A stretch of 64,000 nucleotides of DNA from Escherichia coli (GCF_017348835.2 NZ_CP071375.1); one strand, 5' to 3'. Counted from the first letter of the stretch, positions 1 to 9,996 are shown. Notes: generated from the letters alone by a model not told the origin. Translations and numbers: made by a program.

Positions 1-1749
1 TACGCTTAACGGCTCCCACGGTTTGAGAGTCATCCATGCGGTCATTGTCTGCGTTGGCAGATCGGTTATCTTGCCGATGTCTTTGCGTTTGGCGTCAGCG
101 TGGATCAGGGCGTAGCTCAATCCTACATCCAGTATATTGCTGATTTTCCCCTTAATACCGGCATCCAGACCGCTGTAATCCACCGTGCCGCTGTTCTGAT
201 TTTGAATGGTATCGGCATCAATATTGTGCGAGAGGATGGCATCACTCACCCGGTTATAGTAAACGCTGACCTCAAATCCCCAGTCGCGCGTGAAGGCACC
301 ATTCCAGGTTAAATCCACCCCGCGAGCGCGTTCCGGCTTGAGCTGCGGGTTAACAATCGCTATCTGGTTATACGCAGGTTTGGATGTGGTATAGCGTTCT
401 TTCAGCGTCGGAAAGCGTGTGCGGTCATAGTACGAAAGCGCCAGAGTGTCTTCATTGGCAAAGTGGTATTTCCCCATCACCTGCCAGTTAAAAGCTGACT
501 GATTGTTGTCGTCATAATGGGTGATGCTGCCATCTTTCTCATGTTTTTTCGCTTCTACGCTATCGCGCCAGTCATAGCTGATTCCAGCCACGACATCGAC
601 ATTATCGGCAGCAGCCCATTGATATTCACTGGCGAGCGACCAGGTACGATCTTCATAGCGATCGTAAGCGGCGTGCGGCGCACCTTTTTCCCGGTGTACG
701 TCATCTTTCCAGTTAACGGCAAACGACAGCAGATCGTTTTCACGCACATCGGCTGCCAGTTGTAATCCGGCACCGTCGCTGTAATCGGAATAATGGCTGT
801 AGCTGCCTTTTTTATTTTTCAAATCAGCCAGCGAGTTGTACATCATCAGCGTATTTTCAAAGGTGTCGCGATACAGCCGACTTTTCAGGGTAAAACGATC
901 GTTTAGTTGGGTCGTTCCCTGATAATAAAAACTTTCTTTGTCATACTCTGGCCACTGCCAGTAGCGTGATTTTTGACCACTATTTCCGCTGTATGGCGGG
1001 TTATCTTTTTCACCATCCTGCTTAATGTAAGTCAGTGTGTATTCATCGTTTTCACGTGGTGTAAATCCGAGCTTCACAATGCCGCGTTTATCATCAGCCG
1101 ATGAATTAATCATCTTGCCGTGGTTGCCTGCAATATCATTATTTACACCATGCGGCAGGCCGAGAAAATCCTGCTTTAGCTGGCTACCGCTGACTTGCAA
1201 ATACCCCAGATCGCTGCTGGCGGCAAATGAAGCATGCATATCGTAGGCATTGTCCTGGCTACGGCTCCATCCCTGGCGATATCCCAGACTTGCTTCCAGA
1301 GGTTTTGTTGGCTTCTGGGTGGTGATATTAATGGCTCCGCCCATCTGATTAGGCCCCTGAAGCAGCGACGAATACCCTTTGGAAACTTCGACTGCCCCCA
1401 GATTGTTGGTCAGAATCCGCGCCAGATCGAGGTTGCCGTCATAGGGAACATAAATGGGCACACCGTCGAAATAGACCGGCACCTGCCGACTATCAAAGCC
1501 ACGAACTTTTACCTGTTCTTCGTTGCGGCTGCCTGACTTTTGCAGCACCACGCCGGGGACGACACTTAATGCCTGAGCGACATTCTGTTTATCCAGGGCC
1601 TTCATGGTGGGTTGATCGAGAACGGTGGTCGTCGTCGATGATACCGGACTGGACCATACGGTCAGCGAGTCGCTCTCCTGAGCCGCTACGGCCTGCTGGG
1701 TAAAGGCAAGTGATAATGCTGTGCAGAGATAATGTTTTTTGAGTCTCAT
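1..1749 (-). CDS. TonB-dependent outer-membrane receptor (3' end beyond window start)
   Basis: Manual minus-strand translation from ATG at 1747-1749 reads MRLKKHYLCTALSLAFTQQAVAAQESDSLTVWSS... with no stop for 583 codons to position 1. Signal peptide, TonB-box-like DSLTVWS and plug-domain-like motifs (VRGFDSRQVPVYFDGVPI) are present. Absent from ORF track because there is no stop in the window. Confidence 0.75.
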   Translation of the reverse strand, partial: MRLKKHYLCTALSLAFTQQAVAAQESDSLTVWSSPVSSTTTTVLDQPTMKALDKQNVAQALSVVPGVVLQKSGSRNEEQVKVRGFDSRQVPVYFDGVPIYVPYDGNLDLARILTNNLGAVEVSKGYSSLLQGPNQMGGAINITTQKPTKPLEASLGYRQGWSRSQDNAYDMHASFAASSDLGYLQVSGSQLKQDFLGLPHGVNNDIAGNHGKMINSSADDKRGIVKLGFTPRENDEYTLTYIKQDGEKDNPPYSGNSGQKSRYWQWPEYDKESFYYQGTTQLNDRFTLKSRLYRDTFENTLMMYNSLADLKNKKGSYSHYSDYSDGAGLQLAADVRENDLLSFAVNWKDDVHREKGAPHAAYDRYEDRTWSLASEYQWAAADNVDVVAGISYDWRDSVEAKKHEKDGSITHYDDNNQSAFNWQVMGKYHFANEDTLALSYYDRTRFPTLKERYTTSKPAYNQIAIVNPQLKPERARGVDLTWNGAFTRDWGFEVSVYYNRVSDAILSHNIDADTIQNQNSGTVDYSGLDAGIKGKISNILDVGLSYALIHADAKRKDIGKITDLPTQTMTAWMTLKPWEPLSV

Positions 1750-1774
1750 AGAATAAATTCCGTTTAACAAAGAA

Positions 1775-2629
1775 TTAAATAGAGGCTGCGGGTTGCAGAC
1801 TGACTTTAATGTCAGCCGGTGCCGCGTAATAAGGCGCGGAGGTAATAAAGAGGCGAATGCCGCAGTCGAGGTAATTTTTGAGTGTCGTCAGATTAATTCC
1901 GCCGGTCAGAGCCAGCGTGCAGTGGGGAGCCAGCGACGGCGCTATTTGCGCAATTTCAGTTGCCTGTTGCGGACTAAATTTGTCGAGCTGAAGTACGTCT
2001 GGTTGCGCGCGTAACGCGGCGATTGCCTCTTTCGGCGTGTCGGCTTCAACAACAATTTTCTTCTCGGGTGCGTGGCGACGTAACTGATTGATTGCGCCTG
2101 ACCAGTCCTGATTGTCATGAAGAAAATGGCGGTGGTTGGCAAACAATAATATGGTTTCCGCACATCCGGCACGATGAATCAGTCCTCCGGCAGCCAGAAT
2201 TGCCTGCGAGGCCAGTAAGCGGGTGCCCGGAATTGCTTTTCGGGTGCAGGCGATATTGCCATCAGGATAACGTTCACGAAGTAACGCCAGCATTTGAGCG
2301 AGATAATCAGAAACACCGCAACTCCACTCCAGCACATTCTGGACTGCCTTCCATCCCTGATGAAGTGCTGCGGCATTACCCTGCGCACGGATTAGCCGTT
2401 GACCCGCGTTCGCTTGTGAACCGTCGCTGACCGCGTCCTCAATAGTTAATCCCAGCGTAGTTAACATCTTACACGCGATAGAAACGCCGCTGACGCAGCC
2501 GCCCTGACGGAGAAAAAACTCTATATAGCCATGCTGGTGTCCAATATTTAATGCTCTCGTGGTCAGGTCACCGCCCTGGATATCTTCCAGAAGTAACGCA
2601 TCGATTTGTGCCTGAGAAAGGAAAATCAT
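1775..2629 (-). CDS. ModD-like protein (quinolinate/nicotinate-nucleotide phosphoribosyltransferase paralog)
   Basis: 284 aa ORF; N-terminus MIFLSQAQIDALLLEDIQGGDLTTRAL resembles NadC/ModD family; start overlaps upstream gene stop (ATGA). Confidence 0.65.
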   Translation of the reverse strand: MIFLSQAQIDALLLEDIQGGDLTTRALNIGHQHGYIEFFLRQGGCVSGVSIACKMLTTLGLTIEDAVSDGSQANAGQRLIRAQGNAAALHQGWKAVQNVLEWSCGVSDYLAQMLALLRERYPDGNIACTRKAIPGTRLLASQAILAAGGLIHRAGCAETILLFANHRHFLHDNQDWSGAINQLRRHAPEKKIVVEADTPKEAIAALRAQPDVLQLDKFSPQQATEIAQIAPSLAPHCTLALTGGINLTTLKNYLDCGIRLFITSAPYYAAPADIKVSLQPAASI

Positions 2630-3438
2630 CGCAGTGCCTCCTGCGGTACGCTATCCCACCAGATGAGCGCCCAGTCGCGGCTGGCAGGGGCGAGGGCACG
2701 AGCATCTTGTTGTTGATACCAGCGATATAACCGCTCACGCTCATCGTCGTTAAGCGCGCCAAGACTCCAGCTGACGTTCTGCTCAAAACGTTCCCAGGTG
2801 CTGTTATCCTGTTGGCAATTTTGTCCACGGATAAAATCAACGTGGGCATAAATTCCCATCTGATACAGGACGTTGAGCGCAAAGATATAGTTGGGTAATT
2901 CGATCACTTCCCGACCAGCCGCCCGCTGAATGGCTGGAGAGACGAACGAGGTGCTGACCAGATGAGTCGTATAGACGCGAAGCCGTGCCTGATTATTCAG
3001 TTTGCTCATTGCCTGGCGCATATCAGCCACCAGAGTGGAGCGGGAAGCCACGGCAATATCGCAGCGTGGCAGGTCACTCCAGTCCTCTTCCCAGGCGCGC
3101 TGGATCCAGTGGACATTGTCTGCCTTCAGCGCGGCGGCGCGACGGGCGGCAACGTTCAGCATCCCCTGACTGTAATCAACGCCATAAATCGTCGTGAGTT
3201 TGTCAGCCAGCGCCAGCGATACGGTACCCGGTCCGCAGCCCATATCGAATAAGGTCTGAGCGCCTTGCAGGTCAATTTTAGAGATCAGTTGTTGCAGGTA
3301 GCTGTCCGTTGGCGAGGCGCAATTTTCCGCCATTTTCTCCGCCCGTTGATCCCAGTGATCGGGCGTTTTTTCTGTGCGGTGAGCCAGTTTGAGTTGCTGC
3401 AGATAAAGGTCTGCAAAATCAATATCATCAATGAGCAT
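2626..3438 (-). CDS. class I SAM-dependent methyltransferase
   Basis: 270 aa ORF with motif I LFDMGCGPGTVSLALA and downstream acidic motif YGVDYS. Confidence 0.7.
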   Translation of the reverse strand: MLIDDIDFADLYLQQLKLAHRTEKTPDHWDQRAEKMAENCASPTDSYLQQLISKIDLQGAQTLFDMGCGPGTVSLALADKLTTIYGVDYSQGMLNVAARRAAALKADNVHWIQRAWEEDWSDLPRCDIAVASRSTLVADMRQAMSKLNNQARLRVYTTHLVSTSFVSPAIQRAAGREVIELPNYIFALNVLYQMGIYAHVDFIRGQNCQQDNSTWERFEQNVSWSLGALNDDERERLYRWYQQQDARALAPASRDWALIWWDSVPQEALR

Positions 3439-3447
3439 GATTGTTCC

Positions 3448-4206
3448 TTAGCGGCTAATTGCAGAGAGGTGATGATGAATTTGGTCGGCAGAAACCCGAT
3501 ACAGGGCCGCCAGTTTGTTCGTTGTTAACTGTTCGGTCGGTAAGCCTTGTGTTACTCGTCCATCTGGCTCTACCTGGATAATGCTGTCGGCAATGGCGTT
3601 GGCATGGAGCGGATGGTGAGTCGACATTAACATTGTCATGCCGTTATTTTTGAGCTGCGCCAGCGTGTCCAGTAGTTGGATCTGATGACCGAAATCGAGG
3701 CTGGAGTCAGGCTCATCCAGTAACAACAAGCGCGGTTGCTGGACGAGTGCACGGGCGATTAAAGCCAGCTGACGTTCACCGCCGCTAAGCGTATTCCAGC
3801 GTCGTGCCGCCAGATGCAAAATACCCAGCTTTTCCAGTTGCTCCGTGGCTTTCAGGCGTTCTTGCTTACCGGGAACGGAAAAAGCGCCTATGGTGGGGGC
3901 CAGGCCCATCAACACCATATCCAGCAAACTAAAAGCAAAAATACCGTCGTGCGCCTGCGGCACCCAGGCAATAGCCTGCGCGCGCTGGCGATGGCTGAGT
4001 GTCTGCACAGGGAGGCTATCCAGTAAGACCTCGCCTTTTAATAACGGTATAACGCCAAGAATGGAGCGCATGAGTGTGGTTTTGCCGCAACCATTGGCTC
4101 CTAACAGACAACAAATTGTTCCTTGCGACAGGGTGAAGGACACGTCGCGTAGCACCGGATGGCGGGAGTAACCCAGAGACGCATGACGGACGGCAAGCAA
4201 AGTCAC
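3448..4206 (-). CDS. ABC transporter ATP-binding protein (metal-chelate type importer)
   Basis: Walker A GANGCGKTT, ABC signature LSGGERQ, Walker B LLLDEP. ORF track start at 4344 gives an N-terminal extension overlapping the permease; GTG at 4204-4206 overlaps permease stop (GTGA) and is the more likely start. Confidence 0.85.
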   Translation of the reverse strand: MTLLAVRHASLGYSRHPVLRDVSFTLSQGTICCLLGANGCGKTTLMRSILGVIPLLKGEVLLDSLPVQTLSHRQRAQAIAWVPQAHDGIFAFSLLDMVLMGLAPTIGAFSVPGKQERLKATEQLEKLGILHLAARRWNTLSGGERQLALIARALVQQPRLLLLDEPDSSLDFGHQIQLLDTLAQLKNNGMTMLMSTHHPLHANAIADSIIQVEPDGRVTQGLPTEQLTTNKLAALYRVSADQIHHHLSAISR

Positions 4207-5183
4207 TGGCGACCTCCGCGTAACAACAAAAGCAGGAAAAACGGTGCGCCAACAAAAGCGGTCAGAATGCCAAGTGGGATTTCTGTTGTTCCAATGCTGC
4301 GTGCCAGCGTATCGGTAAGCAGGAGCAGAATCGCGCCAGTACACATTGCCATGGGCAACAGCTGCTGATGGTTATGACCGGTCAACAAGCGGGCAATGTG
4401 CGGAACGACCAGGCCGACCCAACCAATTATGCCCGCTATTGCTACCGAACTGGCGGTGATTAGTGTGGCGCAGACAATCAATCCAAAGCGCAGACGCGTC
4501 ACGTTCAGTCCCAGCGAACGGGCTTCGTCGTCGGAAAGCGTGAGTAAATTCATGCGCCAGCGGAGAAAAAACAGGGGCAAGGAGCCTATGAGAATGATCG
4601 GTGCAGCATAACAGAGATCGCGTAAGGTCACGGTAGACAGTCCCCCCAGCAACCAGAAGGTAATTGACGGTAACTGGGTGTAAGGATCGGCCAGCGTTTT
4701 AATTAGCGATATCCCCGCTCCGCACAACGTTCCTAACGCAATGCCTACCAGCACCAGGGTTAAGATCGGATCGTGGCGGGTCACCCGACGCGTAATCAAC
4801 CAGACGCCCGCGACCACCATCAGCCCGCCGCAAAATGCGTACAGCTGGATGTAAACAATGGATAATCCCCACAGAATTGCCGTGCAGGCACCAAGTCCGG
4901 CACCGGCGGAGACGCCTAAAATATCCGGTGAAACTAAGGGATTACGCAATATTCCCTGATAGGTGGTTCCGGCTCCTGCCAGCGCCGCGCCCAGTAACAG
5001 CGCAGCAAGAATACGCGGCACGCGGATTTGCCAGAAGACAATTTGTTCCTGCACAGGAACATTTTCTTGACGAAGAATTAGCGCCAGCAGTTGCTGCATA
5101 TCGAGATGATAAGCCCCACTTACGGCGGCAAAAGTGATACTGATAGCTGCCAGCAGCAAAATACATCCGTTTGCGATTCTCAT
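4203..5183 (-). CDS. FecCD-family ABC permease
   Basis: 326 aa highly hydrophobic ORF with multi-TM pattern typical of FecD/BtuC permeases; start overlaps upstream gene stop. Confidence 0.8.
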   Translation of the reverse strand: MRIANGCILLLAAISITFAAVSGAYHLDMQQLLALILRQENVPVQEQIVFWQIRVPRILAALLLGAALAGAGTTYQGILRNPLVSPDILGVSAGAGLGACTAILWGLSIVYIQLYAFCGGLMVVAGVWLITRRVTRHDPILTLVLVGIALGTLCGAGISLIKTLADPYTQLPSITFWLLGGLSTVTLRDLCYAAPIILIGSLPLFFLRWRMNLLTLSDDEARSLGLNVTRLRFGLIVCATLITASSVAIAGIIGWVGLVVPHIARLLTGHNHQQLLPMAMCTGAILLLLTDTLARSIGTTEIPLGILTAFVGAPFFLLLLLRGGRQ

Positions 5184-6205
5184 TAGCTCGCCACCAATTT
5201 TTGATAGTCGGCGTCACTGAGTGAACAATGCCAGAACAGTTGGGCGTAATGCTGCATGTCACTTTTAAACTGGCGATTGATGGCGGGATCCAGCCAGGCG
5301 TGAAGTCTGCGTAATCCCAGAAGACGGTTGATTCCCGGCGGGGCATCCAGCCAGCCAAAGGGCAAGCCACTTAAAAATAAGATGCGTTGTTCCGCAACGG
5401 CTTTCACGCCCTGCCAGAGAGGATCACGACGAATAAAATCTGCAGTAACGGCCTCCTGAACCAGAATAATATCCGGCTGCCAGCGCAGGAGATTTTCCAT
5501 GGAAACCTGTGTCAGGCCGTGGCGATCGGCTATTTGCGCGACGTTGTGCAAACCTAATAATTCCGCCGCCTCGGTATGCAACGAACCCTGTAAGCCCGTT
5601 TCCAGCCCTTGAGGACCGCGCGCAGCATAAAAGCGGAGGTTAGCGGCGGGTGAGGTGGCGAATGCCTGAGCTTCACCAACGAAGCGGCTGGCGAGATTGG
5701 CTTGTTCTGCGGCGCGATGCTCTTCGCCTAACGTTTTGCCAAGCGTTGTTAACTGTTCTGCTGATTGCTCCAGTTTCCCGTTAAGCAATAACCAGGGTAT
5801 TTGTGTCTGTTCGCTAACCTGCCGTGCCTGGGAGATCCAGGTTTCATCCGTATTGCCGCAATCAACGACCAAATCGGGATGTAACGCCATAAGCCCTTCC
5901 AGCGAGAGTGTGCTGGCGCGCCCGGCGAGTCGTCCCAGCCTGGGTAACTGGCGAATGTGCTCTGACAATGGAATTAATGCCTGACGGGCAAAATCAAAAG
6001 AGGAAAAACCGACCATTTTTTCTGGCGCGACAGCCAGCAATAGCAAATCGGCGGGCGCACCTGCGCTGACGATGCGTGTAATGTTTTGGGCTTCGGGAAG
6101 CGTCAGTGAGGCCCAGAAATTGACTGATTGTGCAAAGGACGGCAGATGATGCAGGAACAATGTTGACGCAAGAATCTGTGTAAACCTCCGTCTGGTTAGT
6201 GACAT
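5183..6205 (-). CDS. periplasmic substrate-binding protein (FecB/BtuF-like), possible Tat-type signal
   Basis: 340 aa ORF; N-terminus MSLTRRRFTQILASTLFLHHLPSFAQ has RR motif followed by hydrophobic stretch and AxA-like cleavage site; first gene of minus-strand operon. Confidence 0.75.
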   Translation of the reverse strand: MSLTRRRFTQILASTLFLHHLPSFAQSVNFWASLTLPEAQNITRIVSAGAPADLLLLAVAPEKMVGFSSFDFARQALIPLSEHIRQLPRLGRLAGRASTLSLEGLMALHPDLVVDCGNTDETWISQARQVSEQTQIPWLLLNGKLEQSAEQLTTLGKTLGEEHRAAEQANLASRFVGEAQAFATSPAANLRFYAARGPQGLETGLQGSLHTEAAELLGLHNVAQIADRHGLTQVSMENLLRWQPDIILVQEAVTADFIRRDPLWQGVKAVAEQRILFLSGLPFGWLDAPPGINRLLGLRRLHAWLDPAINRQFKSDMQHYAQLFWHCSLSDADYQKLVAS

Positions 6206-6480
6206 AAGTTATATCCTGATAATTAAAACCGCTATATATTTACATATATATATCGAAAAAAATCATGTTTGATGTCAAAATTTGTCTAAAGAGACAGAAT
6301 GATTTGCTTGTTGCTTAAATAACACTTTGTTCCACAAGAAAATTGTCAGGGAGAATGGCGGAGTGGCGAAAAATATAAATAGAGGTGTAATGATTAACAA
6401 ATTGATAAAATAAAATTAAAATCTTCTCTGATAAAAGAAAATAAAGGCATAGACCGTAGAATGGGGGGCATTTCGTGGCG

Positions 6481-6523
6481 AAAAAAGAGCAATGCCAATT
6501 TTATGCACATAATGGCATTGCTC
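6481..6523 (-). terminator. rho-independent terminator downstream of treA
   Basis: Inverted repeat gagcaatgcc/ggcattgctc (6487-6496, 6514-6523) followed on minus strand by T-run (6481-6486). Confidence 0.5.
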
Positions 6524-6550
6524 GATATACAGCCTCGATATACAGCAAAG

Positions 6551-8248
6551 TTAAGGCGTAGGTTCCGCCTCTTTTTGTTTTACCGGCTGTGTTGTTGATT
6601 CACTGAGTGGACGCGTCGCCGGAACATTGTCACACGGTTGCTCTTTCGGGCAGATCAAATCCAGCATTTTCAGCGTCACGCCATTGGTCCAGCCAAAGCC
6701 ATCCTGTAATGGATATTCGCCACCGCCGCCCCCCGTTCCGGTGGTGCTGACATCATATTTTTCCACCAGCTTTTTCTCCCGGTCATAGGTGTGCTGAACA
6801 TTGGTCAGGAAGTGCCAGCTAATGTCCATCGCCACCTCTTTTTGCCCGTAGTTTTGTAATCCTTCTGTCGCGACCCACTGTAACGGTGCCCAGCCATTTG
6901 GCGCATCCCATTGTTGCCCACTTTTCACCGACGTGGTGTTCAGGCCGCCGGGTTGCAGCAGATGTGTTTTCGTCGCCGTCGCCATTTTGTTGGCGCGATC
7001 TTTCGCTGCCGCATTGACGTACAGCGGGAACAGGGCGGCAGCGGTTAACTGATTGCGCACTTTATGACTTTTCAGGTCGTAATCGGCATACCAGCCTTGT
7101 TGATCGTTCCACAGGTATTTTTCGATCCCTTTTTGACGGGCATTTGCCAGCGTTTCGTACTGGTTTGCCATCGCGTTATCTCCGGCAACTTTGCTGGCGC
7201 GGGCGAGAATTTTTTCCATTTTAAACATCAGGCTGTTCAGATCGACCGGTACGATGCTGGTGGTGCGTATGGTATTTAACTGCTGCGGATTGTCCATCCA
7301 GCGCGAGCTGAAATCCCAGCCAGACGCAGCGGCAGAGCGCAAGTCGCGGTAAATTTCAGTGGCAGGTCGATTCGGATTGCTTTTGGCGGTGGCAATATCT
7401 TCCACCCATGACTCTGGTCGTGGCGTATCGCGATCGTCCCAGTAGCGGTTGAGAAGGGTACCATCCTGAAGTTTTACAACGCGTTTTTCCTGTTGTCCGG
7501 CTTGCAGGTTTTCAACACCGTCCATCCAGTAAGCATATTCTTTTTGCATTTGCGGCAGGTATTGCTTCAATGCAGCATCGCCTTCATGCTGCGCCAGTAA
7601 CTCTACCATCATGGCAAAGAAGGGCGGCTGCGAGCGGCTTAAATAGTAACTGCGGTTGCCGTTGGGAATATGACCGTAAGTGTCTATTTCATGAGCAAAA
7701 TTGGCCACCATATCCGCGACCTTATCCCAGTGACCGCTTTCGGCAAGTCCTAACATGGTGAAGTAACTGTCCCAGTAATATACCTCGCGAAAACGTCCGC
7801 CTGGCACGACATAAGGTTCCGGCAGCGGTAACAGAGAATCCCATTTTTCGGTGTTTTCGGTAGAACGCGTTAATACCGGCCAAAGTCCGTCAATATGTTC
7901 GCGCAGTGACTGTCCCTCTGGCGGAACATATTTCTCTCCCTCTTTCGGCAGGGTGAAATTGACGTTAACGAAATGGCGCAGATCAAATCCGCTCTGGTTT
8001 TGCTGCATCCGATAATCAGCAAGGATCATCAGCGGATCGCTGTTCGGCACGGCATCGGCAAAGGTTTTTTGGTCCGGAAAAAGCTTGGCGTTTTGCACAT
8101 CATTAAACAGCGGCCCTAATAAAATATCAGGCGGCTGTGGCGTTACCGGTGTTTCTTCTGCCTGCACCGATAGCGCAGCGAAACACAAAAAGATGCAGGC
8201 TGGAATTAACGCCATTTTTTGCGGGCGAGAAGGTGCGGGGGATTTCAT
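6551..8248 (-). CDS. treA: periplasmic trehalase
   Basis: Translation [30 protein letters not shown]... matches TreA throughout; ORF track starts one Met earlier (8251). Confidence 0.95.
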   Translation of the reverse strand: MKSPAPSRPQKMALIPACIFLCFAALSVQAEETPVTPQPPDILLGPLFNDVQNAKLFPDQKTFADAVPNSDPLMILADYRMQQNQSGFDLRHFVNVNFTLPKEGEKYVPPEGQSLREHIDGLWPVLTRSTENTEKWDSLLPLPEPYVVPGGRFREVYYWDSYFTMLGLAESGHWDKVADMVANFAHEIDTYGHIPNGNRSYYLSRSQPPFFAMMVELLAQHEGDAALKQYLPQMQKEYAYWMDGVENLQAGQQEKRVVKLQDGTLLNRYWDDRDTPRPESWVEDIATAKSNPNRPATEIYRDLRSAAASGWDFSSRWMDNPQQLNTIRTTSIVPVDLNSLMFKMEKILARASKVAGDNAMANQYETLANARQKGIEKYLWNDQQGWYADYDLKSHKVRNQLTAAALFPLYVNAAAKDRANKMATATKTHLLQPGGLNTTSVKSGQQWDAPNGWAPLQWVATEGLQNYGQKEVAMDISWHFLTNVQHTYDREKKLVEKYDVSTTGTGGGGGEYPLQDGFGWTNGVTLKMLDLICPKEQPCDNVPATRPLSESTTQPVKQKEAEPTP

Positions 8249-8567
8249 CAATCATTCTCCTTAGGCGAAACCGAATAAAACGGTATTCAAGTATCAGAAA
8301 ACCTTAGTTCAGGATCGCACTAGCTGCATGATCGAAATCTCATTCTGCGAACTGTCAGGCATTTTAGAAAAGGGAATTAAAGGGATAAATAACGGCGAAA
8401 TAGAGTGATCAAATAACGTCTGTTTATTAGCCAGCCAGCGGCGTTTGGTTCGCGATTAGCGAAGAAAAATCATCATAAATTGGTGAAAAATATAACAGGT
8501 AGTTAAAAAACATTAGTGCTGAGTAAATTGCCGGATGACATCAGAACGATGCCATCCGAACGGTGGC

Positions 8568-9986
8568 TTAACCCTGACGGTTGAAACGTTGCGTTTTAAC
8601 GTCCAGCGTTAGCTTTTCTTCTGGTTGTATCGCATACAGTTTCTCACCCTGCTGGCAAATCCAGCCAATCCCCAGTTCACGGGCGATCAGGGCGCTGTGG
8701 GATACCGGACTTCCGGCGCTAAGGCAGATACCTTTTACAACCGCCGGATCCAGTTGCAGTACTGTGGAAGGATAAATGTTCTCCGCCAGTAGAATAGTTG
8801 GCGAGTTAAACTGCGGGAGTTCTTCTTTCGTTTGGGTCAGGTGGACCAGGGCGCGATGCAGAAGATCGTCCACATCAATATAGCGAGCTTGTAGATATTC
8901 ATCATCCAGTTGCTGGTATTGCTGGCTAAGTTCTTTAAGAACTTGCTGCCAGGCATATTCTGCCGTGCAATGTTCGTGCTGAAGGAGTTCGCTTGCCGCC
9001 GCCAGCAGTTCCGGATCATCTAACAGTGTATGGTGACCAGAAAAGATTGCGGCAATATCGTCAAGCCCGCTGGCTTCTGCTTTCGCTGTTAACGTCATCA
9101 GATCTAATAACGTGAAGTCAATGGCCTGGCGTAATCGTTCTTGTTCTTCTTCCACGGTCAGGGTTGATTTGGCCTGTACCGTACATAAAACCGGTTGATA
9201 ATAAAAGGCTTTACCCGAAACAGGCGGAACGGGACGCAGAGTAGGTGGAGCAACTTCCTCCGTTTCACCAAAGTTATCTTCAGCCAGCTGACGGAAAGCG
9301 ATCAGTGCCTCTTCAGCTTCTGGCCCTTTCGCAATCAGGCGCAGCGTATCGTTATAGCGAACTTGTAATAACGCAATCTGGTTAATACTCTCCGGTGTGA
9401 CGCATTTGCCGTTTTTCTCCAACAACATATCGGCATTAAATGTCGATAAGGTATAAACCAGCCGGGAGGCTGGACGTACATGCAGGCCGTTACGGTTCTT
9501 TATGACCACCGCCAGAGAACGGGCTTCTTCATCGTACGGAGGACATGTGTCAGAGATTTCAGTGTCGGAGGACGGTAAACCCAGTTGTTCACGTTTGGCT
9601 TCCAGCGCATGCATGGCGTCAAAGATAACTTTGTCGATATCCGCCCCCGAGGCCGCGCTGACCGTTGCTGCCAGTGTACCTTCGACCAACGGCGCAGCAC
9701 ACAAACGTACTTTTGCGGCGATCTCGGGAGCCAGCAATTCCAGCGCAGTTTCAGCACTCAATAATGCGCTACCCATATCCATCATGACCAGCACATGGTC
9801 GGCATCAGCAACAGATTCGATGGCCTCCATCACTTTGACGGCATCGGTACCAATGGGATTTTGTGGATCGTCAATTCCCGCGGCAATGGCGATTTTACAA
9901 CTATCACTCATTAACATCTGACGGGCTAATTCACCGACACCTTCTCCCAGTCGGCTGCTATGTGAAACTATGACCAGGTTTACCAT
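8568..9986 (-). CDS. dhaM: dihydroxyacetone kinase phosphotransferase subunit (PTS EI/HPr/EIIA-like)
   Basis: Translation MVNLVIVSHSSRLGEGVGELARQ... matches DhaM; ORF track start at 9992 adds 2 aa. Confidence 0.93.
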   Translation of the reverse strand: MVNLVIVSHSSRLGEGVGELARQMLMSDSCKIAIAAGIDDPQNPIGTDAVKVMEAIESVADADHVLVMMDMGSALLSAETALELLAPEIAAKVRLCAAPLVEGTLAATVSAASGADIDKVIFDAMHALEAKREQLGLPSSDTEISDTCPPYDEEARSLAVVIKNRNGLHVRPASRLVYTLSTFNADMLLEKNGKCVTPESINQIALLQVRYNDTLRLIAKGPEAEEALIAFRQLAEDNFGETEEVAPPTLRPVPPVSGKAFYYQPVLCTVQAKSTLTVEEEQERLRQAIDFTLLDLMTLTAKAEASGLDDIAAIFSGHHTLLDDPELLAAASELLQHEHCTAEYAWQQVLKELSQQYQQLDDEYLQARYIDVDDLLHRALVHLTQTKEELPQFNSPTILLAENIYPSTVLQLDPAVVKGICLSAGSPVSHSALIARELGIGWICQQGEKLYAIQPEEKLTLDVKTQRFNRQG

Positions 9987-9996
9987 CACCAATTCC

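Noticed and set aside
6206-6480. Definite Fur box for the accessory operon
   Set aside because: Only loose GATAAT-like hexamers were found, with no convincing 19-bp palindrome, so it is reported as a low-confidence observation, not a feature.
8252-8567. Terminator downstream of dhaM (ggatgacatcagaacgatgccatcc)
   Set aside because: Stem is short and imperfect and lacks a following T-run on the relevant strand.
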